A stretch of 63,051 nucleotides of DNA, counting the filler, from Octopus bimaculoides (lineage: Eukaryota): NCBI RefSeq assembly GCF_001194135.2. It is 4 parts of 4 records of this genome, joined end to end, with 100 filler letters (N's around TTAATTAATTAA, not from the genome) between each part and the next. Parts side by side here need not be neighbours in the genome. Positions count along the whole stretch, not along the records: positions 1 to 28,489 come from NC_068985.1; 3 more parts are not named here. One strand, 5' to 3'. Below the pieces are notes generated by a model that saw only the letters and a list, made by a program, of their open reading frames with translations, searched no databases and was not told the origin of the DNA. Below, one piece after another: positions 12,069-24,438 of this stretch. The position numbers and the translations under genes are program-made. Positions within the stretch are counted from its first letter, which is position 1, and every line of letters starts with the position of its first letter.

Positions 12069-13794
12069 ACTTTTCCTATAGATAATAAGGACAAATATTT
12101 ACTGGCGAGTAGAGTGAAACATGTATATGGACGTTTGCATCAATAACAGCATTTGTAAGCAATCTATTTACGCTGAAGGACACATTCTGCAACAAAATAT
12201 ATATTTTTCTGCCTTATCATGATCATGATAACACGGTCACTATCAGAGATATCGGAAATCGGAAACTTAGACGGTCTACTTTTATTAACAAAAATTAAAT
12301 CACACCACCGACAAATGATAAGAATAGCGCCACGCTATTTAGCTAATAAGTCATTACATATATACATATATTTGTACAAATCTGAGTTGAGTGCAATGGA
12401 TAGTTTCTTTTGGTAACGTCATTATAGAGGATGTAGAGCAGAGATATCGAAATCTGAGTTAAAAGTGTAACTTGCTTTGTCTTATGGTTTTGTTTTCTCA
12501 CTTTTATTTCCAACTTGCAGTATTGTGATACACTAAACCACTTGAAACTCCACTTCACAATATTTCAATACACACATACACACGCACGCATACATACACG
12601 CACGCTTGCAAGCACTCACATATATGTATATTCATTTACATGCCTATGTGTATACATATATATAAGTATATATATATCAATTATATATATNNNNNNNNNN
12701 NNNNNNNNNNNNNNNNNNNNNNNNNNNNNNNNNNNNNNNNNNNNNNNNNNNNNNNNNNNNNNNNNNNNNNNNNNNNNNNNNNNNNNNNNNNNNNNNNNNN
12801 NNNNNNNNNNNNNNNNNNNNNNNNNNNNNNNNNNNNNNNNNNNNNNNNNNNNNNNNNNNNNNNNNNNNNNNNNNNNNNNNNNNNNNNNNNNNNNNNNNNN
12901 NNNNNNNNNNNNNNNNNNNNNNNNNNNNNNNNNNNNNNNNNNNNNNNNNNNNNNNNNNNNNNNNNNNNNNNNNNNNNNNNNNNNNNNNNNNNNNNNNNNN
13001 NNNNNNNNNNNNNNNNNNNNNNNNNNNNNNNNNNNNNNNNNNNNNNNNNNNNNNNNNNNNNNNNNNNNNNNNNNNNNNNNNNNNNNNNNNNNNNNNNNNN
13101 NNNNNNNNNNNNNNNNNNNNNNNNNNNNNNNNNNNNNNNNNNNNNNNNNNNNNNNNNNNNNNNNNNNNNNNNNNNNNNNNNNNNNNNNNNNNNNNNNNNN
13201 NNNNNNNNNNNNNNNNNNNNNNNNNNNNNNNNNNNNNNNNNNNNNNNNNNNNNNNNNNNNNNNNNNNNNNNNNNNNNNNNNNNNNNNNNNNNNNNNNNNN
13301 NNNNNNNNNNNNNNNNNNNNNNNNNNNNNNNNNNNNNNNNNNNNNNNNNNNNNNNNNNNNNNNNNNNNNNNNNNNNNNNNNNNNNNNNNNNNNNNNNNNN
13401 NNNNNNNNNNNNNNNNNNNNNNNNNNNNNNNNNNNNNNNNNNNNNNNNNNNNNNNNNNNNNNNNNNNNNNNNNNNNNNNNNNNNNNNNNNNNNNNNNNNN
13501 NNNNNNNNNNNNNNNNNNNNNNNNNNNNNNNNNNNNNNNNNNNNNNNNNNNNNNNNNNNNNNNNNNNNNNNNNNNNNNNNNNNNNNNNNNNNNNNNNNNN
13601 NNNNNNNNNNNNNNNNNNNNNNNNNNNNNNNNNNNNNATATACTGATACGACGCAAATGCTTATATACATATAGATTTATGTCAATAAATGAAATCGGAT
13701 AAATTCGTCCTGCGCCCCAGGAACATTGGAAAGGGGTGAAGTAGTCATGGCTGATTTGGTGCTGACCTAGATCAAAAATTAATGTTGTTTTCTT

Positions 13795-13963
13795 ACATAG
13801 CGACATTTCGTACATTGTACGTTCTGAGTTCAAATTCCACCGAGGCCCATTTTGTCCATATTTCGGGGTCGATGAAATAAGTAGCTGTTGAGCACTGCTC
13901 TCGATTGAAAAGACTTGTGTACTTTCTCGAGGCTGCTGGCCTCGTGCCAAAATTTGAAAACAA
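13795..13963 (+). mobile_element. SINE family A, partial
   Basis: cgttctgagttcaaattccaccgagg...ttcggggtcgatgaaataagta...gtgccaaaatttgaaa. Confidence 0.7.
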
Positions 13964-15567
13964 TATTAAAATGAGATATTCTAATCATAATTATTCGCAG
14001 CTATAATGTCTAGGGAGCACATCTATAGAGGTTTCATAGTTTTCTTTTCAAACCATAGGCTTCTATTTGAGAGAGATTTTTGTAGCTTTTCTGCCCAATC
14101 ATGTAACTACATAAATGATCAATCACTTGACCGTTCAAGATTTACTATTAAGAAATCTAAAATCTACGGTCTATCACGGCATTTTCTACAACATTTTAAA
14201 ATTTAGTTGTTTAAAATGAACAAGGAAAATAATTGTTAAAATATTTTCAACTATAGCTAAATGAACATTCATGAATAATTTCAAAATTTATATTTTTGCA
14301 ATTATGAACATTTTCATAATTTATGAAGCCAGTCTTGTTTCAAAAATAAACTAAAAATATACAACGATCTATGAAAACGTTTGTGGATCATTTTAACAGC
14401 ATTATGGTTTCTCATTCAAAATAAATTTGTTTGGCTCTGAATAGAGACATATTTAGCTCATTCTATTTTACTCTTGATTACACAAGCTAATTTCCTTCTT
14501 CGATTTGCAAGCGATAAGAAATTCTGCTTGAACTTGTGTGAATTTCTATTCCCACTCTGATTACTAGCCTAGGGTCATATCTCCAGCATGATCTAGATTT
14601 GATATAGAATCTTACAATCTCAATTCTTTCTCACAAATATGTAATATATATNNNNNNNNNNNNNNNNNNNNNNNNNNNNNNNNNNNNNNNNNNNNNNNNN
14701 NNNNNNNNNNNNNNNNNNNNNNNNNNNNNNNNNNNNNNNNNNNNNNNNNNNNNNNNNNNNNNNNNNNNNNNNNNNNNNNNNNNNNNNNNNNNNNNNNNNN
14801 NNNNNNNNNNNNNNNNNNNNNNNNNNNNNNNNNNNNNNNNNNNNNNNNNNNNNNNNNNNNNNNNNNNNNNNNNNNNNNNNNNNNNNNNNNNNNNNNNNNN
14901 NNNNNNNNNNNNNNNNNNNNNNNNNNNNNNNNNNNNNNNNNNNNNNNNNNNNNNNNNNNNNNNNNNNNNNNNNNNNNNNNNNNNNNNNNNNNNNNNNNNN
15001 NNNNNNNNNNNNNNNNNNNNNNNNNNNNNNNNNNNNNNNNNNNNNNNNNNNNNNNNNNNNNNNNNNNNNNNNNNNNNNNNNNNNNNNNNNNNNNNNNNNN
15101 NNNNNNNNNNNNNNNNNNNNNNNNNNNNNNNNNNNNNNNNNNNNNNNNNNNNNNNNNNNNNNNNNNNNNNNNNNNNNNNNNNNNNNNNNNNNNNNNNNNN
15201 NNNNNNNNNNNNNNNNNNNNNNNNNNNNNNNNNNNNNNNNNNNNNNNNNNNNNNNNNNNNNNNNNNNNNNNNNNNNNNNNNNNNNNNNNNNNNNNNNNNN
15301 NNNNNNNNNNNNNNNNNNNNNNNNNNNNNNNNNNNNNNNNNNNNNNNNNNNNNNNNNNNNNNNNNNNNNNNNNNNNNNNNNNNNNNNNNNNNATATATAT
15401 ATATATATATATATACATATATTGATTGGATATCTGCTTTCGATCACCAAGAACTGCAGCTAAGGTCTGATGCTTGTGGACCTTAAAATGTCTTTTGAGG
15501 TTTCCGTTAGATTTTCAGACCTCATGGCACACACGGAATTGACATACATACATACATAGATACATAC

Positions 15568-15840
15568 ACCGTTCGGCCATACATGTGTATGGTATTGCAC
15601 CTAGAAAGTTACCCTCCGAAGCAACACACGGAAAAGTTGTTTATGGAAGACCAGCGGTCGCTCATGCATACCAGCCTCCTCTTTCCCTGTAACCGATGTT
15701 ATCTAAGTGGAAAGCAAACGCCGATCCAGCTTGGCACCTATGACGTCCCCAATCGTTTCCTTAGCTGTGTATCGTGAAATTAAGTGTATTGCTGAAAAGC
15801 ACAAAACATACCGGTCCGGAAACCGAAATCACTAATCCAT
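15568..15840 (-). mobile_element. Probable further SINE-like element next to (CATA)n
   Basis: Minus-strand head ggattagtgatttcggtttccggaccggtatgttttgtgcttttcagcaatacacttaatttcac resembles the B-box plus tgtgtccttgagcaagacact domain of the other SINEs here. Confidence 0.4.
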
Positions 15841-16544
15841 AATTATGAACCCATATATGTATATATACGTAAATGACGAACAATGAGAACAAGTGCTCAA
15901 CACCTAAAAGGCTAATAACAATTCTTTATTTGTGTAGTAATAAAATGGAAACGAACACCAATTCTCAATGAGATCAAGTTGAATAATTGCTTAGATACGG
16001 TACACTTAAAACACAAATAATATATATATATATATATATATATANNNNNNNNNNNNNNNNNNNNNNNNNNNNNNNNNNNNNNNNNNNNNNNNNNNNNNNN
16101 NNNNNNNNNNNNNNNNNNNNNNNNNNNNNNNNNNNNNNNNNNNNNNNNNNNNNNNNNNNNNNNNNNNNNNNNNNNNNNNNNNNNNNNNNNNNNNNNNNNN
16201 NNNNNNNNNNNNNNNNNNNNNNNNNNNNNNNNNNNNNNNNNNNNNNNNNNNNNNNNNNNNNNNNNNNNNNNNNNNNNNNNNNNNNNNNNNNNNNNNNNNN
16301 NNNNNNNNNNNNNNNNNNNNNNNNNNNNNNNNNNNNNNNNNNNNNNNNNNNNNNNNNNNNNNNNNNNNNNNNNNNNNNNNNNNNNNNNNNNNNNNNNNNN
16401 NNNNNNNNNNNNNNNNNNNNNNNNNNNNNNNNNNNNNNNNNNNNNNNNNNNNNNNNNNNNNNNNNNNNNNNNNNNNNNNNNNNNNNNNNNNNNNNNNNNN
16501 NNNNNNNNNNNNNNNNNNNNNNNNNNNNNNNNNNNNNNNNNNNN

Positions 16545-16935
16545 TATATATATATAGTTGAAATTTTCAGAAAGACAAAAGACGAAGATATGTGTATAAA
16601 CAACAAGCAGGTGTATAAATTTGACGCTTGGGAAAGTGAGAAAGTCTTTTACGTTTCGAGCCTATGCTCTTCAACAGAGAGGAATTGAGCGGTATTGGTC
16701 GAGATGACCCAAGACGGGCAGGTAAGGCTATGCAAGTGCTGTGGAAGGACCGTAGTTAAACTCTCGGTTCGATAATGATACAAGTGAGGAGCCTAACGCG
16801 TGTCTTGTATGTTAAATGAAATGAGACAATAAAGCCAAGGCTGTGTGGAATTTTCAGGACATTAATAAAGGGAAAGTTAGTCTTACACCTGTTTCTGAGA
16901 TTTTAGGGATACCCCTTCATCAGAAGCGATGTGAG
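16545..16935 (-). mobile_element. (TA)n-adjacent insert with two degenerate hammerhead-like motifs
   Basis: Minus strand 16641-16680: CTGTTGA-A-GAGC-atag-GCTC-GAAACGTA. Minus strand 16882-16930: CTGATGA-A-ggggtatccctaaaatctca-GAAACAGGTGTA. Confidence 0.45.
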
Positions 16936-17045
16936 ATGGTTAGGTCCTTAGTTTTGGTGAGTAGGAGTAAGAGGAAATTTTTTGTGCAGGAATACGCATG
17001 TCCTTAAGAGAGTCACATGCATATATTCATACATACAAACAAACA

Positions 17046-17140
17046 CCCTGTTGTTGATGTTGGAATTCCAATGAAGGTGCCTTGGATCTAGGTTAGAAAC
17101 CGACTCTTTCTCAACTGGAAAGAAATTTTGAAATAAAACT
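17046..17140 (+). mobile_element. Short ~95-bp repeat (family D) embedded in (CATA)n/(TATG)n
   Basis: ggaattccaatgaagg...ttagaaaccg...ctttct...aagaaat..tgaaataaaact is also found at 32527-32613 (+) and 53962-54055 (-). Confidence 0.75.
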
Positions 17141-17487
17141 AAGTACGTACTTACATAAATACATACATGTATGCATACATACGTTTAAACAATATATGTT
17201 ATATCATATTAGATTACATATCATATATTTATATATGTATGTGTTTGTAATGTACATATATATGTATGTCTATGTGTGTATACATGGTTACAGACCTACT
17301 ACCGTATATCATTATGAGTTAATCCTGAGATCCACATCCATAAGTATACCTATCTCAATAACTCTCTGTCAACTGGTTTAAAAACCTATTTCTATGTAAT
17401 CTGTTTTGTTTACATTGATCGTTTCAGAAAACTATTCATCATTATTCTGTATATTGAGGGCCCATGTTTGACACACGAACCACTTTC

Positions 17488-17538
<51 letters not shown>

Positions 17539-17794
17539 CATAATATGGTAAAAATTCGATATTAATTAATATCAATTTAATACCAGGAAACTAGCACATT
17601 AAAAGAATCAGAAGGTTATTGAAAAATTTTTTTTCAAGATCCTAAAAAGATTATAGTACTCGTGTATATAAGATTGACCAGTGACCGGTCTGTCAAAATG
17701 CTAGAAGAAGCTCACTTAAAAAATTCTCAAATACGGATTCAGCGGAGCAAAAACAGGCCGGCTAGACCAGGGAAAATTGTACATACCTCGATTA

Positions 17795-17860
17795 TCTGCA
17801 GACTATAGTTTCAAAATCAACACTTTCAAAATAAAAGTGTCTATTTATCTTCAGTACAAA
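17795..17860 (-). ncRNA. Type I hammerhead ribozyme motif, intact catalytic core
   Basis: Minus strand: tttgta-CTGAAGA-taaatagacacttttattttgaaagtgttgatttt-GAAACTATAGTC-tgcaga. Stem I has 6 bp (2 GU), stem II is long with a basal U-U mismatch, stem III is palindromic (ACTATAGT), and the site is GUC. Lies in an insert between two (TA)n tracts (17531-17975). Confidence 0.7.
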
Positions 17861-18002
17861 TTGCCGATATTCTTATAATCGAACAGAATCTCGTGCTAGT
17901 TGTCTTCAACTAGTGAAAGCGTGCACGTGATTCTATCCATTATAAAGATTAAAATTCAAAAGTCTTAGTTTATATATATATGTACATATATTAAAATAAA
18001 TA

Positions 18003-18006
18003 CACA

Positions 18007-18076
<70 letters not shown>

Positions 18077-18085
18077 CACACACAG
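18003..18085. repeat. (CA)n microsatellite
   Basis: Direct reading; one of dozens of (CA)n/(TA)n/(CT)n/(CATA)n tracts. Confidence 0.95.
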
Positions 18086-18749
18086 AAACACACTTATTGT
18101 GTAATATAATTTCTGCTTATTAGAGTAAGGAATATTTTATTCAGAATGCATCATTCATCATTATTATTTTCGTATCTTCTCTGTTTCTACGACAATTATA
18201 GCATGTCTCTTTCATTTAGTTGTAATTTCTAAAACGATATCATTATGGCCAGCTAAAATGAATGGCTTATCATGTACAGCTGCCTGTGCTGATGGTTATG
18301 GCTGCTTACTTAATTCATCACTTAATCTTGTCACGTTATTTTGGAATTGATTTCAAACGAAGTTTTAAAATCTTGTAAACGAGTGTATATTTTTATCATA
18401 TTACGATAAAATATGTATTATGATCCAATTTAGGAACTTCAAAGTCCTAGCACTTAAAACTAGAAATAAGAGCTAAGTCCCCAGCATACCATTCTATACC
18501 ACGTGAGAAGAGCTCACGTTGAATGATGACGTCGGGTAGAAATAATTCTGACTGATCCTATCTTCATAGTTTCTGTCTGAGCAGGGCTTTGTTGGGGCCA
18601 ACAAGCTACAACAAAACCACGAAAGACAAAGTATAGAATAACATAATTTGTAAAATGGCTTTTTGCAAGCAAAATCTATCTACAATAGCTAACAAGGCAG
18701 TAACCAAGTTCAGGATATCATGCTGGCTCATATTATTATTTTGTATTTC

Positions 18750-18962
18750 AAGGCGGCAACATGGCAGAATCGTGAGCACGTCAGGCGAAATGCTTAGCGG
18801 TATTTCGTCTGTCTTTACGTTCTGAGTTCAAATTCCACCGAGGTCGACTTTGCTTTTCATCTTTTCATGGTCGATAAATTAAGTACCAGTTGTGTACTGG
18901 AATCGATCTAATCGACTGGCCCCATCCACGAAAATTTCGGGTCTCTGCCTAGATTAGAAAAG
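18750..18962 (+). mobile_element. SINE family A, near full length
   Basis: aaggcggcaacatggcagaatcg (A box)...ctgagttcaaattcc (B box)...tttcatcttttcatggtcgataaattaagtaccag. Confidence 0.85.
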
Positions 18963-18978
18963 ATCTTATTTTATATTT

Positions 18979-19185
18979 CAAGGCTGCAAGGTGGCGGAAA
19001 CGTTAGTACGCCGGGCGAAATGCTTAGCGGTATTTCGTCTTTACGTTCTGAGTTCAAATTCCGCCGAGGCAGGCTTTACCTTTCATCCTTTCGGGGTCGA
19101 TTAAATAAGTACCTGCTACGCAGTGGAATCGATATAATCGACTTAATCCCCTTCCCTAAGTTGCCCGTGTGCCAAAAATTTGAAA
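18979..19185 (+). mobile_element. SINE family A, tandem second copy
   Basis: Same architecture immediately downstream of the previous copy. Confidence 0.85.
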
Positions 19186-19250
19186 TCATCATTATTGTAT
19201 ATTTCATTCAAATATGTCTTATGCTCATCTAATACAGAGATAAAGCAACT

Positions 19251-19568
19251 GACATTCCGTCGGTGGAAACGACGACTATTCCTGTTGATCTAATCCACAG
19301 AAGTACCAGCTCGAGAAATCAACGAGTAAGTGGTTGAGTACTCTACAGATACGCCTACCCTTAATGCAGTTCTCAGAGACATCCAGCATGAAGCAGAATG
19401 TGACAAGGTTGGCCCCTTTAAATTACAACTCATATTTGCTAACTGAGTGGGCTGGAGCAAAGTGAAATAAAGTGTCTTGCTCAAGGACACAACGCATCAC
19501 CGTGTATCGAAATCACAACCCTACGATCGTTTACCGGATATTCTAACCACTAAGCTACGTGACTTCAC
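19251..19568 (-). mobile_element. tRNA-derived SINE with a different head but family-B-like tail (OR1/OR2-like)
   Basis: Head gtgaagtcacgtagcttagtggttagaata...ttcgatac, then tgtgtccttgagcaagacact. The tail shares tgtgacaagg and ccgtcgg motifs with 20732-21111. Confidence 0.7.
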
Positions 19569-19974
19569 TGATAAAAGTAACACGTTTACCATGAAGGAGT
19601 TAGTATGTTGCCAGACAGTGTTACAACCTTCGATTTGATTTTCTCTCAAACCATGGAGCTCGTAAGTATTCATTACCGTAAAAATTGCTCCTCGTATTTC
19701 ATATTATTAGACACTACATAGGTATAATTGTACGAAACTAAATATCCAGCTAAATGCCAAATTAGTTTTTCTCACTGCTCTCACATCAGCAGAATATAGA
19801 AGCAGTATTATTTTATCACGTTCATTCCACATATAAATAGGAAAGGAGTGTGTATGAAAAAATCCGAATAACCAGCCATTGCAAGGCCGGGGGCCATTTT
19901 ATCAGTACTATTTTCCCCTTCAACACGTTCTGTCAAATATCTGCTGTTTGAAGCTAATGTAATTCATTATTAAA

Positions 19975-19976
<2 letters not shown>

Positions 19977-20066
<90 letters not shown>

Positions 20067-20082
20067 ATCTCTCTCTCTCTCT
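19977..20082. repeat. (CT)n microsatellite
   Basis: Direct reading. Confidence 0.95.
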
Positions 20083-20378
20083 ATGTACCTGTCTGTCTGT
20101 CTATCTACCTATCTATCGATTGACGAATACACACGCCTCTGCGTGTGTGTGTGGATAGATAAATAAACATGTATATACATACGAAAGAATATATATAAAT
20201 ATAAATGCATGTATGTGCGTATTTATATACATATGTTTATGCATATATGTCTACACACACACACACACATATATAGATAAAGAGAGAAATATATATACCA
20301 TCATGTTTATATATAAATATACATACAATCGTATATATATATATCTATATATATATATCAATACATACAATCGTGTTT

Positions 20379-20436
<58 letters not shown>

Positions 20437-20731
20437 CGTGTTTATATATATATACTTATAATTCAATTCATACCATATTTAAATTGGTTTCTTCCGTTGA
20501 TTAATTTTAGCAGATTGCAGGAAGATTTCTACACAAATCCACGACCAACTTTTAGCAATTTATGATTGCGCCGGAGATTCGAGATATTTTATGATTATTT
20601 CCTAGCTGTTTTTTTTCCCCCAAATAGCTAGACGTGTAGTGCATCACGAAGTCATGTATAGATATAGAAAATCATTCAATTCCCTAATTGTCAAACATTA
20701 GCCATATTTGTAATAAATGATACATTATGAA

Positions 20732-21111
20732 TGGCACTCCGTCGGTTACGACGACGAGGGTTCCAGTTGATCCAATCAACGGAACAGCCTGCTCGTCAAA
20801 TTAACGTGCAAGTGGCTGAACACTCCACAGACACGCGTATCATTAACGTAGTTTTAGGGGAGATTCAGCGTGACACAGAATGTGACAAGGCTGACCCTTT
20901 TGAATTACAGGTACAACAGAAACAGGAAGAAAGAGCGAGAGAAAGTTGTAGTGAAAGAGTACAGCAGAGTTCACCCCCACCTGCCGGAGCTTCGTGAAGC
21001 TTTGGGTGTTTTCGTTGAATAAACACTCACAACGCCCGGTTTGGGTAATCGAAACCGCAATCCTACGACCGCGAGTCCGCTGCCCTAACCACTGGGCCAT
21101 TGCTCCTCCAC
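20732..21111 (-). mobile_element. tRNA-derived SINE family B (octopus OR-like), full length
   Basis: Head gtggaggagcaatggcccagtggttagggcagcggactcgcggtcgtaggattgcggtttcgatt; closely similar copy at 42183-42562. Confidence 0.9.
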
Positions 21112-21779
21112 GGCATATTATATTCTGGTGTTGATACTAGCTTATATCGCGTATAGAGACGGACACTTGCGCATACACAGGGATGCACAGGGACTAATAG
21201 GCAGATATGTGTAGGCAACGACTGATGGACATAGATTTTTGTTCGTATGAAAAGTATCAGTGAAACATGATCACTTCAGGCATATTACTCTATTTGTACT
21301 AATTTTCTCAAGAACTTGAACAAATATTAATAATGCCTAATTAAAAGGAATCACACAGCTGTGCAGATAATTAATGGTTGTAATATTGTAGAGTAGAAAA
21401 CGGATAAAAATAAGGAAGGAAAAAAAAAACAAAAGCCAAGAAGCAAAAATTGTACTACTTTATTACTTTTACGTTATTTAAAACGTCATCATATTCTTTA
21501 AGTTTATTGAAATTTCCAATCATATTCCCACATCATTTCATGTAAAAATTCATCGAAATTTTGAGATATTGATATGCTTAATCTGTGAAATTTACGAGTA
21601 TTTCTTATCTTAAAAGAAAGTTTGAATCTTTATCTGAAATGACTATCTTTACGTGTATACATATATGCATCGAACCGATGCATATATGCGCACGTGGCTA
21701 AGTAGTTCTACGCAAGAGAGACGTTCAATTTCTTTCTATTTACTCCATATTACTCGAAAAATGTGACAACCAGTTGCAA

Positions 21780-23000
21780 GGTACATATTGGAAGGAACAT
21801 ATCTCTGGATGTGGAGTACTCAGGCATTAGAATTTCTTGCTAGATTTCCAAACGTACCCAAATGTGAAAATGGATGTTATCCAACCATCTCATTCTTGGT
21901 CTATCCTTAGCGTGAAAAACTCGTCTTGCAATCCTTTCTTGTGACCTGATAAACACATATCCGTAATATCGGTGCTTTGACATCTCAATGCGGGTAAATA
22001 ACGTCTCCATGAACTCAAACTGAGTATCCTACAAAGGAATCCCAATCCCGCTACTTAAAATGTTTCGGACATTATCCAACATTTATGACCACAGTGGAGG
22101 ATAAACACGAAAATCTTTTCTGTGGGTTCAATGTTGGGACTGGCACATTATTGTTTCCACTTGCAGTTCTAGCCAGAAATTCAGCATCCAGCCTCATATA
22201 AGTCGTCAATACGTTCCTGAGATACTTAAACGCCTCCAGTGATGTTCCTCCTTTTGAACTATTGCGAATATCACTCCGGATTATCAGTTATTTGGAATCT
22301 TTCCGGAGGTCAAAGTTGCCTGTAATACACGAATCAGCAAAGGCCTTTAACATCTCTGCTGAAGGCCTTTAACATCTCTGGCCGAAAATCTTCCTCTGCA
22401 GTGGCCTTGCTAAATTTTACTGCTCTAATCGCACCTGTGGTATCAGCCTCTGTGAAATCAATATTCACCCTTAGAATCACTTGTTAACAGGACGTTTTTT
22501 ATTGCACCTGGATTCAGGTGGTCAGCAAAGTATTTTCGCCATCTCCCAAGACCGTCCTACTCTGTACATAACAAAATACCAACTGAGTTATTAAAGACTT
22601 TTCTGGAAGAGGGCTTCTTGTTACGAAGTCTGTATTGGCGGATATAAATTCAGTCTAGTGTAACCTCAAAGTAATCCTGTGATCTAGCTTTCGCGTTTTT
22701 ACTGCCTCTGCATAATCTTTTGTTCCTCAGTGTATTGAATGCGCAAAAGAGGAGACTTGTTTCCAAGCCAAGCTTTGAAAGTCTGGTTCTCTTCTCAGGT
22801 GGCATCATTAACCTTCAGGTAAACCTGGAGTGGGATGTTCTTTTTCACCTGTCGGCATAACGAGCTGCCTTCGACCCGTAGGATTGTACTACTGACGAAA
22901 CAATCGCCATCTCGTTTCGATGTCTTCACTTTGTTCAAGATATTCACTGAATTAGCATGCATTAATGCCCGCATATTTGTTTCTGATTCCTTAATTCGCC
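21780..23000 (-). mobile_element. RTE-clade LINE ORF2 remnant with internal deletion of the RT core
   Basis: Minus frames give GRWRKYFADHLNP, KATAEEDFRPEMLK, EAFKYLRNV, ILHCGHKCWIMSE and KDRPRMRWLDNI (RTE-type C-terminal motif). Confidence 0.8.
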
Positions 23001-24163
23001 AGAGAGTTACCTAAGAATTGAAATGAAAACTCTTTAAGCTTTCAAAATATTTAAATCAGATAATATGCAGGATTTTTAAATATTTTTTCACCGGTTCATA
23101 TTCTCGAAACTTATCATTATCAATGTTTCTCGTAATTATTGGCGATCTATTTAATTTCGAACGCCATTACAGTTTTGAAAGTTAAAAAAAAAAAAAAAAA
23201 AAAAACTGTACATCCTGTTCATTACGAGGATCACACATTTCCTTGAACTTTTGTTCTGTAGACTTATTTTATTGAATGTTTTAATAACTTTACTAAGCGA
23301 ATAATTAGATTCATGTGTGTTATTTGCAAAAGTATTGTGCTTGCAAACGATACAGACTGTTACATTGATTTCAGTATATATCATTTTTTCAAATGTTTTA
23401 TATCTTCTCTTCATTGAATTTATATCAATACTTGCAATCGATATTCAAGAAATCATCAAACCAGGATCGTAAAGAAATGAGAAGAAATGAGAGATCCCCC
23501 AATTGTAGCAGTTTTTTTTATCAAATACTATTTCTTTCGATGGACAGCCATCAATTGGAATTAGCACACATAAGAGATGTGAGACTTTTGAAATTGCTAC
23601 TTGAAGACCCGTCATCTACAAATTAGAAACAAGTGTGTTTAAATCGTATGAATAGCTGGTGTTCAATATTCACAAGTATTTATTGTAGTGGTTTAATGAC
23701 TTTCTCAATTACTGCCATGTTTTGCAGACTCATGTTGCAGCATATTGCTGCAGTTAATTTGATATTTCTCCGTTAAAAAATATCTAAGTTAATTGTCACT
23801 AAAATTCGGTTTAAGATCCTTTGAGATATCAAGTCATTGTATACAGGTTTCATTGAGATGCGTCCGATGTAAATCACCACGAAATGTTCAAGGGTGCAGA
23901 GCTTGTTTAGGGATTCAAAAAAAGCTTTGAATAAAATTTTGGTGAACATGCTATTCGCAACACATTTCGTTCACCATTAAATATTTCTATTGTGTCTTAT
24001 TCGTCACGTAATTACCAAAAAATGACAAAGGCAATATTTTTTATCTTTAATATCCAATCACCATCCCTGAGGAATTTTAGGAATAAATCAAACTCAGTGC
24101 TTTTTTGTAAAACCTGCTACTTAAGTATTCCATCAGTTCTTTTGCTGAAGCTCTTGGTTACGT

Positions 24164-24208
<45 letters not shown>

Positions 24209-24281
24209 ACACACATACACACACACATACACACACACACACAAACACGCACGCACACACACACATGCACACATATATGCG

Positions 24282-24438
24282 TACAGTAGGCTACTGTCAG
24301 TGATCTCCACCTCCCAAATACAATCACAAGCGTTTGGTCGGCTCCAGGCCATAGTAGCAGACAGTTGCCTAAGTTTCCACGCAGTGGAACCGAACCCGAA
24401 AGCATGTGATTGGGAAGTAAACTTCTTACCACACAGCC
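24282..24438 (-). mobile_element. SINE family C (OK-like), 5' part
   Basis: ggctgtgtggtaagaagtttacttcccaatcacatgctttcgggttcggttccactgcgtgg. Confidence 0.8.

Noticed and set aside
20731-20997. 88-aa ORF MALRRLRRRG...
   Set aside because: Antisense reading of a family B SINE; not preserved in the 42-kb copy.
20990-21111. tRNA-like sequences with A/B boxes (also 42490-42562, 11200-11272)
   Set aside because: They are SINE heads attached to repeated tails; no full cloverleaf.
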